From assembly GCF_964213995.1 (NCBI RefSeq), contig NC_135830.1, forward strand, positions 10,106,001-10,170,000: a DNA stretch of 64,000 bases, given 5' to 3'. The notes below the pieces were generated by a model. It worked only from the letters and a program-made list of their open reading frames with translations. It was not told the DNA's origin and made no database searches. Made by a program: the position numbers and the translations under genes. This DNA is from Mustelus asterias (lineage: Eukaryota). Below, piece by piece: positions 35,415 through 49,910 of the stretch; position 1 is the first letter of the stretch; each line of letters starts with the position of its first letter.

Positions 35415-37198
35415 CCTCTTTTAGGGCAAACCAAATAAACAAACTCAAATTAACTCAGGGACAAAGTAAAAGGGGCAGCTCCCCAAAAGGAGGGGGAACA
35501 GCCCGAACAGAAACAAAGTGCAAAGGAAACTTAAAACATCAAATCAAAATGTGATTATCGGGGTCTATAATGCACCCCAGCTCCTGCGGTGCCCAACGGC
35601 CGCGGAAGGCGTCAACCGCGCCCGTGGACACCGCATGCTCCCTCTCCAGGGACATCCGGCTGCGAACGTACCCGCGGTAGAGGGGCAGACAGTCAGGATG
35701 GACGGCCCCCTCGATCGCCTGCTGCCTGGACCTGTTAATGGCGCGTTTCACCAGGCCCAGGAGCAGGTTCACGAAGAGGTCGCCATCCCGACCCTCCCCT
35801 CTCCGCACCGGGTGTCCGTAGATCAGGAGCGTGGGACTGAAGTGCAGACAAAACATAAATAAAAGATTCTTCAGGAAAACAAAAAGGGAGTGCAGCCTAA
35901 GACACAAAACGTAGACGTGGTCCACGGACTCCACAAGGCCACAGAAAGGGCAAACTTGAGAGCCCGTGAAACCTACGGTTGTGCGGAACTGCTGCATGCA
36001 TCACCCTCCATCCCAGGTCCCAAGATAATTGAGGGAGATCCCTCCGTAGAGGTACCTCCACTGGGGATCTTGGCCGCCCGGCGGCAACAAAGCCCGCCAA
36101 GGTGTATCCGGGCGACAGGCGAGGAGGCGGTAGTGGAAGGTGTGCAGCAGCAGCCCGCACAGGAAACGCCTCCGCGCAGTGGAAAAAGGCACGGAGGACA
36201 TTTCCGTGATGCGGCACATGCTGTGGGGCACCTGTTCCGGGAGGGGGGGCATAGGCTTTGGGCCAATGTGGAATTCTGTCTGAACAGGGGAATGCTCAGG
36301 CGGGATCCCACCGCACGGCTGCGCCGCCTCGAGACCATGTGCACATTCGGGGCCGAGCACGACCGTCCTAAGATCTTGGATGGCTTTGGCCGCGTGCCAA
36401 ATGGGCACCCCCGCACACTCAGCCAGCATGTGGGGGTTCATCCAGCCTGCTCCTCTGCCATCCAGCACATCCCCGATCCTGGTCCTTCCGGCGTCCACAG
36501 CCCTCTCCGCCAGCCACCTGAAGTTATATGGCTGGAGGAGCGGATTCCTGAGCAGCGGCTCTCGCACGACAGCCGCTACTCCTGACAGGGGAGAGCTGCG
36601 TCGCGAGGCAAGCGTGTTCCAGACATTGAGGAGGTCCTAGTAAAAGACAGGCAACTCCTGCAGGGCGGTCGAAACATCCCAGATTTATATGCAGGAGCTG
36701 CACGTCATAATTCAGGCCGTGCAACTGATGGAAGAAATACGTCGCCATGGCACACCATCGTGAAGAAGACTCAACGTAAAGGTACCTCTGCAGGGTCTGA
36801 AGGCGGAAGGTCGCCACCTGTGTGACTGCCCTCCGCAAGCGGGAGATGCAGAACCACGGCAGAGATCCAGTGCAGTCGGTTGTCCCAGAAGAACCGCAGG
36901 AGGGTTTTCTGGAGATTGGTGACAAAGCCAGGGGGAGGGGTCAAAGGGACCAGCCGGTATCACAGCATGGAGGCGAGCAACTGGTTTATGACGAGAACTC
37001 GCGCCCCGTAGGACAGCACTCGGAGCAGTCCTGTCCAGCGATTCAGGTGGGCGGAGACCTTGGCCTCCACCTCCCGCCAGTTCGCCGGCCAGGATTCTTT
37101 GGCGGGGCAGAGATGGGCCCCCAAGCAGAGGCGGTTGGTCCTGCTACAGGTGAAAGGCCTGAGCTCCTCCGGAAGGGGGTCCATCTCCCACGGACCGA
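35415..37198 (-). mobile_element. Tx1-clade non-LTR retrotransposon, 5'-truncated, inserted in an HE1 SINE
   Basis: W..LSYGARVLVINQLLASML, REPLLRNP, WRVMHAAVPHN, CPFCGLVESVDHVYVLC (C-terminal CCHC knuckle); TSD ACATT(T/C)TCCCTGT at 35401-35413 and 37202-37214; SINE halves 35310-35414 and 37200-37400. Confidence 0.8.
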
Positions 37199-37630
37199 CC
37201 TACATTCTCCCTGTATCTGTGTGGGTTACCTCCAGGTACTCTTGTTTCCTCCCACACTCCAAAAATGTGCAGATTAGATTGATTGGCCATGCTAAATTGG
37301 CCCTTAGTGTCGGGGATTAGCAGGATATCTACATGGGTGGACTGGGTGGGATCACTGTTGGTATAAACTCAATGGCCTCCTGCACTGTAGGGATTCTAAA
37401 CCGTCTGTACTATCATTACATTGGATCCAATACTGTGTTCACTAACACACTGCAGCCTGACTCTTATATTATTGGAACAAACACTGTGTTTGTTACACTC
37501 AGAGTCAGTCAATCCAAAGTAAATCAAGCCAATCCATGACGAAGGGTCATCCAGACTTGAAGCGTTGGCTGGAATCCCTCTCCACAGTTGCTGTCAGACC
37601 TGCTGAGGTTTTGCAGCATTTTCTGATTTG

Positions 37631-37965
37631 AAGTCAGTGCTTTGCTGTGTTGTCTCTGTGCTCCATCCCCACTCTGATTGTATTGGAGCCTGTGTGTGTC
37701 ATTGTTACACTCAGAGTAAGTCAGTGCTTTGCTGTGTTGTCTCTGTGCTCCATCCCCACTCTGATTGTATTGGAGCCTGTGTGTGTCATTGTTACACTCA
37801 GAGTAAGTCAGTGCTTTGCTGTGTTGTCTCTGTGCTCCATCCCCACTCTGATTGTATTGGAGCCTGTGTGTGTCATTGTTACACTCAGAGTAAGTCAGTG
37901 CTTTGCTGTGTTGTCTCTGTGCTCCATCCCCACTCTGATTGTATTGGAGTCTGTGTGTCATTGTG
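37631..37965. repeat. Minisatellite, 87-bp unit x~4
   Basis: AAGTCAGTGCTTTGCTGTGTTGTCTC recurs with an 87-bp period (29-aa repeats in ORF track). Confidence 0.95.
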
Positions 37966-38009
37966 ACACTGAGACTCTGTCACTGTGATTATTGGACAAG
38001 CAGCAAGTC

Positions 38010-38425
38010 ACCGTCACAATGCCCGGCTGATTGACGGCAGCGCGGACCGATGGGAAGAGGAGGGGCGGGGTTGGAGGTCCGAGCGGGAGAGGCTGGTCCT
38101 CCAACCAATCACAGTGAATGAGGGGCGGGGCCCGCTTTGACTGGAGCATGCGCAGTGTGAGTAATGGCGATGGAAAACGGTTTTTGGTTTGGGCTCGGAA
38201 ATCTGTTAGAGGTGATTGGCGGCACGGAGAGAGCAATGGATCGCCCAGGTGGGTGGAAGCGCTGCGTAAGCATGTTGTGTAAGCCGCAAACCGCGGAAGA
38301 GAACTTCCCGGACCCAGTTTGTACCGAACAGGGCTGCAGCTCCTCATGTTCGTCCGGGGTTATTGGCCGCAAATGTATTGGGGGCAATATGCAGCAGTGC
38401 GCATGCGCAGCCGCCATCGTTTTCG
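38010..38425 (+). promoter_or_regulatory. ZNF promoter cassette copy with CCAAT/GC core
   Basis: 38025-38135 aligns with 27000-27100; CTGGAGCATGCGCAGT ~38141; TGCGCATGCGCAGCCGCCAT ~38398. Confidence 0.65.
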
Positions 38426-38599
38426 GGGGTATTATTGTCATTAAGTGGGAGGGGCTTGTTCCCCATTGTTCAGAATGGAGACAACTTGTCCATCAAACTG
38501 CATCAACCCTCTGAGTCCCAATGTCTTATTGATGAGGCAGAGCGGTGGCAGAGAAGGAAAGAAAGGGAAATAGCTTTGACAAAGGGTCATCTGGCTGTA

Positions 38600-39949
<1,350 letters not shown>

Positions 39950-39950
<1 letters not shown>

Positions 39951-42725
39951 TTCATTTATGGGACATGGGCGTCACTGGCTGGCCAGCATTTATTGCCCAT
40001 CCCCCGTTGCCCTTGAGAAGGTGGTGGTGAGCTGCCTTCTTGAATCGCTGCAGTCCATGTTCTGTGGGTTGACCCACAATGCCGCTAGGGAGGGAATTTC
40101 AGGATTTTGACCCAGTGACTGTGAAGGAACGGCAATATATTTCCAAGTCAGGATAGTGAGTGGCTTGGAGGGGAACTTGCATGTTTGTGTTCCCATTTAT
40201 CTGCTGCCCTTGGCCTTCTAGATGGAAGTGGCCATGGGTTTGGAAGGCGCTGTCTAAGGATCCTTGGTGAATTGCTGCAGTGCATCTTGTAGATAGTACA
40301 CACTGCTGCTTCTGAGCGTCAATGGAGGGATTGAATGTTTGTAGATGTGGTGTCAATCAAGCGGGCTGCTTTCTCCTGGATGGTATCAAGCTTCTTGAGT
40401 GTTGTTGGAGCTGCACCCATCCAGGCAAGTGGGGAGTATTCAATCACATTCCTGACTTGTGCCTTGCAGATGGTGGATAGGCTCTGGGGTGTCAGGTGGT
40501 GAGTTACTCGCCGCAGTATTCCTAGACTCTGACCTGCTCTTGTAGCCAATGTGTTTATGTGGTGAGTCCAGTTGAGTTTTGGTCACTGGTAACCCCAAGG
40601 ATATTGACAGTGGGGGATTCAGTGATGGTTGCACCATTGAAAGTCAAAGGGCAGTGGTTAGCGCATCTCTTATTGGCGATGGTCATTGCCTGGCATTTAT
40701 GTGGCGTGAATGTTACTTGCCACTTGTCAGCCCAAGTCTGGATATCGTCCAGATCTTGTTGTATTTGCACATGGACTGCTTCAGTATCTGAGGAGTCACG
40801 CATGGTGCTGAACATTGTGCAATCATCAGTGAACATCCCCACTTCTGACCTTATGATGGAGGAAGATCATTGATGAAGCAGCTGAAGATTGTCGAGCCTA
40901 GGACAGTACTCTGAGGGACTCCTGCAGAGATGGCCTGGAGTTGAGATGACTGACCCTCCACAACCATCTTCCTATGTACCAAGTATGACTTCAACCAGTG
41001 GAAAGTTTGCCCCATGATACCCATTGATTCCAGTTTCGCTAGAGCTCCTTGATGCCACATTAGGTCGAATATCATGGCTTTTGAGGAGAGACTGAGTAGA
41101 CTGGGGCTATACTCATTGAAATTCAGAAGAATGAGGGGAGATCTTATAGAAACATATAAGATTATGAAGGGAATAGATAAGATAGAAGCAGGGAAGTTGT
41201 TTCCACTGGTGGGTGAAACTAGAACTAAGGGGCATAGCCTCAAAATAAAGGGAAGCAGATTTAGGACTGAGTTGAGGAGGAACTTCTTCACACAAAGGGT
41301 TGTGAATCTGTGGAATTCCCTGCCCAGTGAAGCAGTTGAGGCTACCTCATTGAATGTTTTTAAGGCAAGGATCGATAAATTTTTGAACAGAAATGGAATT
41401 AAGGGTTATGGTGAGCGGGCGGGTAAGTGGAGCTGAGTCCACAAAAAGTTCAGCTGTGATCTTGCTGAATGGTGGAGCAGGCTTGAGGGGCCAGATGGCC
41501 CACACCTGTTCCTAGGGTGGCACGGTAGCACAGTGGTTAGCACTGCTGCTTCACAGCTCCAGGGACCTGGGTTCGATTCCCGGCTTGGGTCACTGTCTGT
41601 GTGGAGTATGCACATTCTCCTCGTGTCTGCGTGGGTTTCCTCCGGGTGCTCCGGTTTCCTCCCACAGTCCAAAGATGTGCGGGTTAGGTTGATTGGCCAT
41701 GTTAAAAATTGCCCCTTAGAGTCCTGAGATGCGTAGGTTAGAGGGATTAACAGGGAAATATGTAGGGATATAGGGGTACGGCCTGGGTGGGATTGTGATC
41801 GGTGCAGACTCGATGGGCCAAATGGCCTCTTTCTGCACTGTAGGATTTCTATGTTTCTAGTTCTTATGTTCTCAATATCAAGGGCTGTTACTCTCACCTC
41901 ACCTCTGGAATTTAGCTCTTTTGTCCATATGTGAACCAAGGCTGTAATGAGGCCAGGAGCTGAGTGACACTGACAAAACACAAACTGGGCGTCACTGGGC
42001 AGGTTATTGCTGAGCAGGTGCTGCTTGATGGCACTGTTGATGACCCCTTCCATCACTTTACTAATAATCGAGGGAGTAGACTGGGCCGGGTAATTGGCCG
42101 GGTTGGATTTGTCCTGCTTTTTGTGTACAGGACACACCTGGGCAATTTTCCACATTGTTGGGTCAATGCCAGTGTTGTAACTGTACTGGAAGAGCTTGGC
42201 TAGGGGAGCGGCAAGTTATGGAGCACAAGTCTTCAGTACTATTGCCGGAATGTTATCAGGGCCCATTGCCTTTGCAGTATCCAGTGCCTCCAACCATTTC
42301 CTGATATCACATGGAGTGAATCAAATTGGCTGGAGACTGGTATCTGAGATACTGGGGAACACTGGAGGAGGCCCGAGATGGATCATCCACTTGGCACTTC
42401 TGGCTGAAGATTGCTGCGAATGCTTCAGCCTTACCTTTTGCACTGATGTGCTGGGCTCCTCCATCATTGAGGATGGGGATATTTGTGGAGCCTCCTCCTC
42501 CAGTGAGTTGTTTAATTGTCCACCACCATTCACAACTGGATGTGGAAGGACTGCAATGCTTAGATCTGATCCATTGGTTGTGGGATCACTTAGCTCTGTT
42601 TATCACTTGCTGTTTTTGCCATTTGGCATGCAAGTAGTCCTGTTTGGTAGCTTCACCAGGTTGACACCTCATGTTTAGATATGCCTGGCTCTGCTCCTGG
42701 CATGTCCTCCTGCACTCCCAACTGA
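39950..42725 (-). mobile_element. CR1-group LINE (RT domain, degraded) with nested CR1 3' end (41074-41515, +) and HE1 SINE (41515-41855, +)
   Basis: KIAQVCPVHKKQDKSNPANY, FD..WHQGALAKL, GVPQSTVLG..IFSCFINDLP, MFTDDCTMF, WADKWQVTF.PHKCQ. Confidence 0.85.
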
Positions 42726-42994
42726 ACCTAAATCTAAAGTCCATTTTTGTACTGGTTCTGAACTTGCATCTTTCTCCAGTTTATCTCTTGTCAGAACTAA
42801 TCTTGTTGATGAGACCCCCTCTTCTGCTTCATTGACCTTATTCCCATCAACTGCTGATTTCCCAACTTCTCAATGTTAGCAAATATTGTGAACAGCTCTC
42901 TGTCCCTCTTCTTGCACTGTCTCTCACCTTCAAATCTAATGTCAACACGCATCCTAAAAAACACCACTGACCCCAACATCTTTGAAAAGTACTC

Positions 42995-43920
42995 CCCCAT
43001 CCCCACCCCNNNNNNNNNNNNNNNNNNNNNNNNNNNNNNNNNNNNNNNNNNNNNNNNNNNNNNNNNNNNNNNNNNNNNNNNNNNNNNNNNNNNNNNNNNN
43101 NNNNNNNNNNNNNNNNNNNNNNNNNNNNNNNNNNNNNNNNNNNNNNNNNNNNNNNNNNNNNNNNNNNNNNNNNNNNNNNNNNNNNNNNNNNNNNNNNNNN
43201 NNNNNNNNNNNNACCTCCGCCCCCACCCCCGCCCCCACCCCCGCCCCCACCCCCGCCCCCACCTCCCCCCCACCTCCCCCCCACCTCCACCTCCCCCACC
43301 TCCACCTCCCCCACCTCCACCTCCCCCACCTCCACATCCACCCCCACCTCCAAACCCACCTCCACCCCCACCCCCACCTCCTCCCCCCCACCCCCACCTC
43401 CCCCCCCACCCCCACCCCCTCCCCCACCCCCTCCCCNNNNNNNNNNNNNNNNNNNNNNNNNNNNNNNNNNNNNNNNNNNNNNNNNNNNNNNNNNNNNNNN
43501 NNNNNNNNNNNNNNNNNNNNNNNNNNNNNNNNNNNNNNNNNNNNNNNNNNNNNNNNNNNNNNNNNNNNNNNNNACCTCCGCCCCCACCCCCGCCCCCACC
43601 CCCGCCCCCACCTCCCCCCCACCTCCACCTCCCCCACCTCCACCTCCCCCACCTCCACCTCCCCCACCTCCACATCCACCCCCACCTCCAAACCCACCTC
43701 CACCCCCACCCCCACCTCCTCCCCCCCACCCCCACCTCCTCCCCCCCACCCCCACCCCCTCCCCCACCCCCTCCCCCGCCCCCACCCCCGCCCCCACCCC
43801 CGCCCCCACCCCCGCCCCCACCCCCGCCCCCACCTCCGCCCCCACCTCCGCCCCCACCCCCACCCCCACCTCCACCTCCACCCCCACCCCCACCCCCACC
43901 TCCACACCTGACCCGCCCCC
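42995..43920. repeat. C-rich low-complexity (CCCCCA/CCCCCG)n tract with two N gaps
   Basis: Direct inspection; N runs at 43011-43212 and ~43436-43573. Confidence 0.9.
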
Positions 43921-43969
43921 CGGTGCAACCTCCCTTTTTTCCCCAAAGTCCTTGTACTTGTTTTCCCCC

Positions 43970-44340
43970 ACATAGTTACCCAGCATGCACCGAGAGGGTG
44001 GATAAGCCCTATCTTCAGTCCAAGAATCATTACGCAGGCGCAGTGCCGCACTGACTGGAGCATGCGCAGTGCAGCTGTTGGCAATGGGTGGATGGGGTGG
44101 TGTCGGAGCCGCAGGGAGAGCAGAAACTGATTGGAGACAGCGGGTGAGTGAGGTTAACTGGAGCCTGCAAGTGAGAGTGAAGACTTCATAAACACCCAGT
44201 CTTGGCCTCAAACCATAAATACGAAGCCCGAGGCCCTGTATGACCGAATTGGCAGCAGCCATCTTTCGAGAACAATGGGCAGCGCGACCGCCATCTTTAT
44301 TGAGTGCAATGGGCAGCAGGGCACATGTGCAGCTGGCATC
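43970..44340 (+). promoter_or_regulatory. ZNF promoter cassette and probable non-coding exon 1
   Basis: SBS TTACCCAGCATGCACCG ~43976, CGCAGGCGCA ~44033, GAGCATGCGCA ~44058, donor CGGGTGAGT ~44141, reverse YY1 GCCATCTT ~44258 and ~44290. Confidence 0.7.
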
Positions 44341-44659
44341 TTTTTAAGGGGGCAATGCATTATTGATTCCAGAAGTCAGTTCCTGGCCTCCAGAGTTGGT
44401 CTCTTTTTCATTAAGTCAGAGAAACATTGAATTATTGCACCACAGAAGAAGACTGTTCAGCCCGTCCTGTGTGTACTGGTTCTCTTTCACTAACAAGACC
44501 AGCAGCAAATATTCCCCATCCCCAGGTACGTGTGGGGAAGATGACGTTTGACCTCCTTGAACCGCTGCAGTCTGTGTGATGAAGGTGCTGTTAGGTAAGG
44601 GTTATAGATTATACACCCAGTGATGATGAAGAAACAGTGATATATTCCCAAGTCAAAAC

Positions 44660-45468
44660 AATGTGTATTTATATAGCACCTTTCATACACTGGAACATTC
44701 CGAGGGGTTTCGCAGATGTGTTAGAAAGCACCATTTGACCAAGAATCATGTAAGTAGACAAGAGGGTGGATGGCCAAAGGTTTGGTCAAAGAGGTAATTT
44801 TAATGATTATCGTAAAGGAGGAAAGGAAGATACAGAGGGGGAGAGGCGAGGGGGAAATTCTAAAGATTATGGCCTTGGCAGCTGGGAGTGCAGACATCAA
44901 GGATAAAGTGATTAAAACTGTGAATGCTGAGGAAGCTGGAGTGAAAGGAGTGTAGAGACATTGGAAGGTTGTGAGGCGAGAGGAGATTGCAGAAAAATAG
45001 GGAGGGCGAGACCATGGAGGGATTTGAAAATAAGGATGAGAAATTTAAAATGTTGTTCCTTAAACATGAGCCTTTGTCGGTCAGTGAGCAAATGGGTGAT
45101 GGGTGAACAGGATTTGGTGTGAGTCACCATATGGGCAGCAGAATTGTGATGACCTCAGGATTACAGACAGGTTGAGTGAGGGAGACTGGCCAACAGTGTG
45201 TTAGGATCGTTATGTCTGAAGGTAACAAAGGAATGGATGATGGTTTCAACAGCAGATGAACTGAGACTAGACTGGAGTTGGGTGATGTTACTGAGGTGAA
45301 AGAAAGTGGTCCTGGTAATGATGTGCATTTATGGTCAGATTCTCAGGTTGGGGTGAAATATTTTGCCGTGATTGTGAACAGTCTGGTTCAGTGTGTGGAA
45401 AGGGATTTCCGAGGAAAGGGATGGCGTCAATGGGTAGGGATTGGAATTTGTAACCAAGAGTGGAAAAT
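44660..45468 (-). mobile_element. L2-like LINE 3' fragment (degraded)
   Basis: Reverse reads TKSCSPITHLLTD...FKFLILIFKSLHGLA (L2 C-terminal pattern) with tail GAAAGGTGCTATATAAAT. Confidence 0.6.
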
Positions 45469-45469
45469 T

Positions 45470-45815
45470 GGGCGGCACGGTAGCACAGTGGTTAGCACTG
45501 CTGCTTCACAGCTCCAGGGACCTTGGTTCGATTCCCAGCTTGGGTCACTGTCTGTGTGGAGTTTGCACATTCTCCTCGTGTCTGTGTGGGTTTCCTCCGG
45601 GTGCTCCGGTTTCCTCCCACATTCCAAAGATGTGCGGGTTAGGTTGATTGGCCATGCTTAAAAAAATTGCCCCTTAGTGTCCTGAGATGTGTAGGTTAGA
45701 GGGATTAGTGGGTAAAATACGTAGGGATATGGGGGTAGGGCCTGGGTGGGATTGTGGTCGGTGCAAACCCGATGGGCCGAATGGCCTCTTTCTGTACTGT
45801 AGGGTTTCTATGATT
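45470..45815 (+). mobile_element. HE1-type V-SINE
   Basis: Near-identical to 17067-17405. Confidence 0.9.
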
Positions 45816-46320
45816 TTTTTTTTGAAAATAGATTCAGTTTTCCCAGATTAAAATGGAGGAAATGTCTAACCCAGAGATGGAGAGACTTTTCAGGGAATCA
45901 AAGGATTCGGGGGAGGGGGTGGCAAATTGGAGATAAAACCAAGATTAGCCACAATTGTAGTGAATGATGGAGCAGGCTCAGTGGAGCTTATGGTTTCCTC
46001 CTGCTCCTATTTCATACATTCTTATAGAGGCCAGAGTTTTGTGTAGACTCAGACCAAGTGGCAGGTTTCCTCCCCTGAAGGACATCAGTGAACCAGTTGG
46101 GGCTTTCGACCATCCAGCAGCTTTCATGGTTGCTTTTTCCTGGTGCCAGACCCACAAATTACCAGATTCATTCAGTTCAATTTCACAAGCTGCCTTTGTG
46201 GACTCTCTCTCACTCCCTTTTCTCTGTTTTACGTCAATTCACAGAGCTTTAGAAGGAAAGGATTTTCAGTTGGAAAAATCAGACATCACATCAGGATCTG
46301 AATATCATCGGATTTTTAAC

Positions 46321-47358
46321 ATGCAAGAAAATAGCAATGTTCACAATGTGGAGAACTTGTGGAAATCTGCGGACTGTGAGCAGGGATTCAGATCCCCGTC
46401 TGAGCTGGAAACTCATCAGCTCAGCGACACTGGGGAGAAGCCATTCACCTGCCCTGAATGTGGGAAGGGATTCACTCGATCATCCATTTTCCAGACACAC
46501 CATCGCACACACACTGGGGAGAGACCATTCAGCTGTCCTGAGTGTGGGAAGGGATTCACTCGATCATCTGGGTTGCAACAACACCAGCGAGTTCACACTG
46601 GGGAGAGGCCGTTCACCTGCTCCAAGTGTGGGAAGGGATTCACTGGTTCATCAACTCTGCTGAAACACCAACGAGTTCACACTGATGAGAGACCATTTAA
46701 ATGTCCAGACTGTGGGAAGTGCTACAAGATTTCCTGGGAACTGTTACGCCATCAACGAGTTCACACCGATGAGAAACTGTTCAGGTGTTCTCACTGTGGG
46801 ACTGGGTTCAGACAATCATCTGAACTCATTGTACACCAGCGAATTCACACTGGGGAGAGACCATTCGCCTGCCCTGAATGTGGGAAGGGATTCACTCGAT
46901 CATCAGGCCTGGTACAACACAGTCGAGTTCACACTGGGGAGAGGCCATTCACCTGCTCCAAGTGTGGGAAGGGATTCGGCGATTCATCCACTCTGCTGAA
47001 ACACCAGCAAGTTCACACTGATGAGAGACCTTTTAAATGCGCTGACTGTGAGAAGTGTTATAAAAGTTCCCGGGAACTGATGCGCCATCAACTTGTTCAC
47101 ACTGACAAGAGACCATTTAAATGTCCAGAATGTGGGAAGTGCTACAAAAGTTCTGGGGAACTGATGCGCCATCAACGTGTTCACACTGAGGAGAGACCGT
47201 TCAGGTGCTCTCACTGTGGGAATGGGTTCAGGCAATCATGTCACCTCACTGTACACCAGCAAGTTCACACGGGGGAGAGACCATTCACCTGCTTAGTGTG
47301 TGGGAAGAGATTCACTCGGTTGTCTACCCTGACAAGTCACCAGCGAGTTCACAAATAA
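46321..47358 (+). CDS. C2H2 zinc-finger protein (11 canonical fingers)
   Basis: Acceptor AATTCACAG at 46244; ATG 46321 (MQENSNVH); intact array ending HQRVHK*. Confidence 0.9.
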   Translation: MQENSNVHNVENLWKSADCEQGFRSPSELETHQLSDTGEKPFTCPECGKGFTRSSIFQTHHRTHTGERPFSCPECGKGFTRSSGLQQHQRVHTGERPFTCSKCGKGFTGSSTLLKHQRVHTDERPFKCPDCGKCYKISWELLRHQRVHTDEKLFRCSHCGTGFRQSSELIVHQRIHTGERPFACPECGKGFTRSSGLVQHSRVHTGERPFTCSKCGKGFGDSSTLLKHQQVHTDERPFKCADCEKCYKSSRELMRHQLVHTDKRPFKCPECGKCYKSSGELMRHQRVHTEERPFRCSHCGNGFRQSCHLTVHQQVHTGERPFTCLVCGKRFTRLSTLTSHQRVHK

Positions 47359-48692
47359 TCAGTGACTGGATTTTACTATCAATCATATCCAGGAATGAAC
47401 CATGTTCACTGAAGTCCATTTCTACTGATGTTATGTCAAGAAAATCTAAAAAATTGAAATATTTTCTATGGGTAATATTCTGCTCATTTTTTAAAACTGA
47501 TGGAGTGTGAGAGTGGTAATTACAGCAGGAGACAGAGTGGCCGTGTGAATTTAAACTGAGAGTTTGATGTGTTAATGAGCCCAGCAAGACCTCAAACAGA
47601 TGCTTATTCAAAACAGCTTAGTAGGGGTGGGTATAGAAAATAGATCTGAATGGGCTGTTTGTGATCAAAAAATAATATATGTATTCTGTGCCACAAAGTT
47701 GTCATGAGTAAAGTATGATTAAAGTGAATTTACTTTTCTTTTAAGTTATCGATGTTAAAATAAAGAGATGATGTTTATCAATTCTGGGAGAGATTAGTTG
47801 TGAGGAAATTGGGTGCGAATAGAGAGATGAGAGGAAAGAACAGAGTTAATGGGAAACTGAAACCTATGAAGGGAGTTGTTTCAGGTCTCGGTCAACAGCA
47901 GTAATAGTTGGTTAACTCCCAGAAAGCAGTGTGAAGGAGGCCGGATTTGAAAAGCCAACTGCTGTTAACCTCAGAAGCAATACCAACAGGAGTAAAGGCA
48001 CTGAGTGGTTAAAATAAAAAGTTACTGGATTTTTATAGATCTTAAAATCTATAAGGTGTTGCTGGACAGATTGAACTGTTTAAAGTATTGATATTGTGTG
48101 AAGCCATTGTATTACTTTAAGTGTAATTCTATTTCATTTGTTTTTTTTCCCCCATTTCTTAATTAACATTTTGATTGCGATAAAACCATCACAAGAAGTC
48201 TGGGACATAATTTCCAGATTTCACAACCTCTCCTCATGCAATATAAATTGCAAACTCAGATTTGCTGTTGTGTATTTGGGGTATTGCTGTGTGTGGCATG
48301 GCCCCTTTAAGATGACAGTCATGTGATCACTCTGCGACATCATCAGGTCTCTGCAGGCTGCCAGTAGTTGGGGAATTTAAGCCTGCAGAATGCACACCGA
48401 AAAATAAACCAGTCTCAATGCTGTTTTTATTCAATCTTGTGTGGACCTCTTGAATTGTTCCCATCTCTGCATCCTCCCCAACCACAGACAGCACAATATT
48501 GAGCATAAACCGGGCCCTTAACATTAAATAAACTCCAGCTCAGTTATAGGAGTTAATATTCGAGATAAAAGTCAAATAAATCAGCTTTGTATTAAACAAG
48601 GTATATCTCGATCACAAATTATTTCCTTTTAAAGGGCTCTCCCTGTTACCTCCATCCTCACCTCCAACAAGTGTGAGGAGCTCATGGCATAT

Positions 48693-49040
48693 AAGGTGAC
48701 ACAGTATTTAGCACTGCTCCCTCAGTGCCAGGGACACAGGTTTGATTCTGGCCTTGTGTGACCATGTGGAGGTTGCACGTTCTCCCCGTGTTTGCGTGGG
48801 TTTCCTCCGGGTTCTCTAGTTTCCTCCCACACTCCGAAGCCGTGCAGGTTAGGTGAATTAGCCATGCTAAATTGCACCCAAGTGTCCAAAGATGTGTAAT
48901 TTCGGTGGATTAGCCATGGTAAATATGTGGGGTTACAGGGATGGAGTGGAGGGGAAGGCTTGGGTGGGATGCTTTTTCAGAGTCAGTGCAGACTCGATGG
49001 GCCAAAAGGCCTCTTTCTGCACTGTACAGATTCTATGGTT
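48693..49040 (+). mobile_element. HE1-type V-SINE (older)
   Basis: V-core and CR1-type tail; interrupts the L2 remnant 3' of the ZNF gene. Confidence 0.75.
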
Positions 49041-49478
49041 CCTTGTGACTAATATTGAGCCAATCCAATCAGCTGCCTTTGCTGCTTCCTTCCCTTCCAC
49101 AGACCACCGGACCAAAGTGTCTGTAAAGTTCCTCCTTGTCTGAGCTCTATCTTTCTCCAGTTTCTCTCCTATCTTCTATCTCCCTCTGAGCTCATCTTGT
49201 CCATGAGACCTGCCTTCAACTCCCTGGACTCCATTCTCACAAAGCTGCTGTCCATCCGACTTCCCCACGTTAGCTGACACTGTTCACAATTCTCTCCCAT
49301 TTCTTACTGTTTCTCTCACTGTAAATGTACCGTCATCACCCATCCTAAAAAAAACACTAAACCCCACTATCTTTGCAAATTACTGCCCCATCTCCAACTT
49401 CCTTTTCCTCTCCAAAACCCCTGAACTCAGTGTCCCCCGAGGATCTGTCCTTGGCCCCTCCTATTTCTCATCACTGCA

Positions 49479-49500
49479 GTCTCTGTGGTGCAATTGGTCG

Positions 49501-49535
<35 letters not shown>

Positions 49536-49552
49536 GAGGCTCCCCAGGGACG
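49479..49552 (+). tRNA. tRNA-Asn(GTT): tRNA-Asn(GTT) copy, probably a pseudogene/retrocopy
   Basis: GTCTCTGTGGTGCAATTGGTCGGCGCGTTCGGCTGTTAACCGAAAGGTTGGTGGTTCGAGGCTCCCCAGGGACG; acceptor and anticodon arms match vertebrate tRNA-Asn; T-stem has a mismatch and a wobble. Confidence 0.85.
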
Positions 49553-49568
49553 GAATTTCACTATTTTC

Positions 49569-49910
49569 GGGCGGCACGGTAGCACAGTGGTTAGCACTGC
49601 TGCTTCACAGCTCCAGGGACCCGGGTTCGATTCCCGGCTTGGGTCACTATCTGTGTGGAGTTTCCACATTCTCCTCGTGTCTGCGTGGGTTTCCTCCGGG
49701 TGCTCCGGTTTCCTCCCACAGTCCAAAGATGTGCGGGTTAGGTTGATTGGCCATGCTAAAATTGCCCCTTAGTGTCCTGGGATGCGTGGATTAGCAGGTA
49801 AAATATGTAGGGATATGGGAGTAGGGCCTGGGTGGAATTGTGGTCGGTGCAGACTCGATGGGCCGAATGGCCTCTTTCTGTACTGTAGGGTTTCTATGAT
49901 GATTTCTATG
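49569..49910 (+). mobile_element. HE1-type V-SINE
   Basis: Full-length young copy directly after the tRNA trailer. Confidence 0.9.

Noticed and set aside
37631-37965. CRISPR-like array or repeat protein
   Set aside because: Units are identical end to end with no unique spacers; vertebrate minisatellite
42797-44262. Long Gly/Pro/Trp-rich ORFs
   Set aside because: Artefacts of low-complexity C/G tracts and N gaps
45964-46320. N-terminal extension of the 464-aa ORF (also 10387-10604)
   Set aside because: Mostly lies upstream of clear splice acceptors in intronic or repeat-derived sequence; no domain recognised
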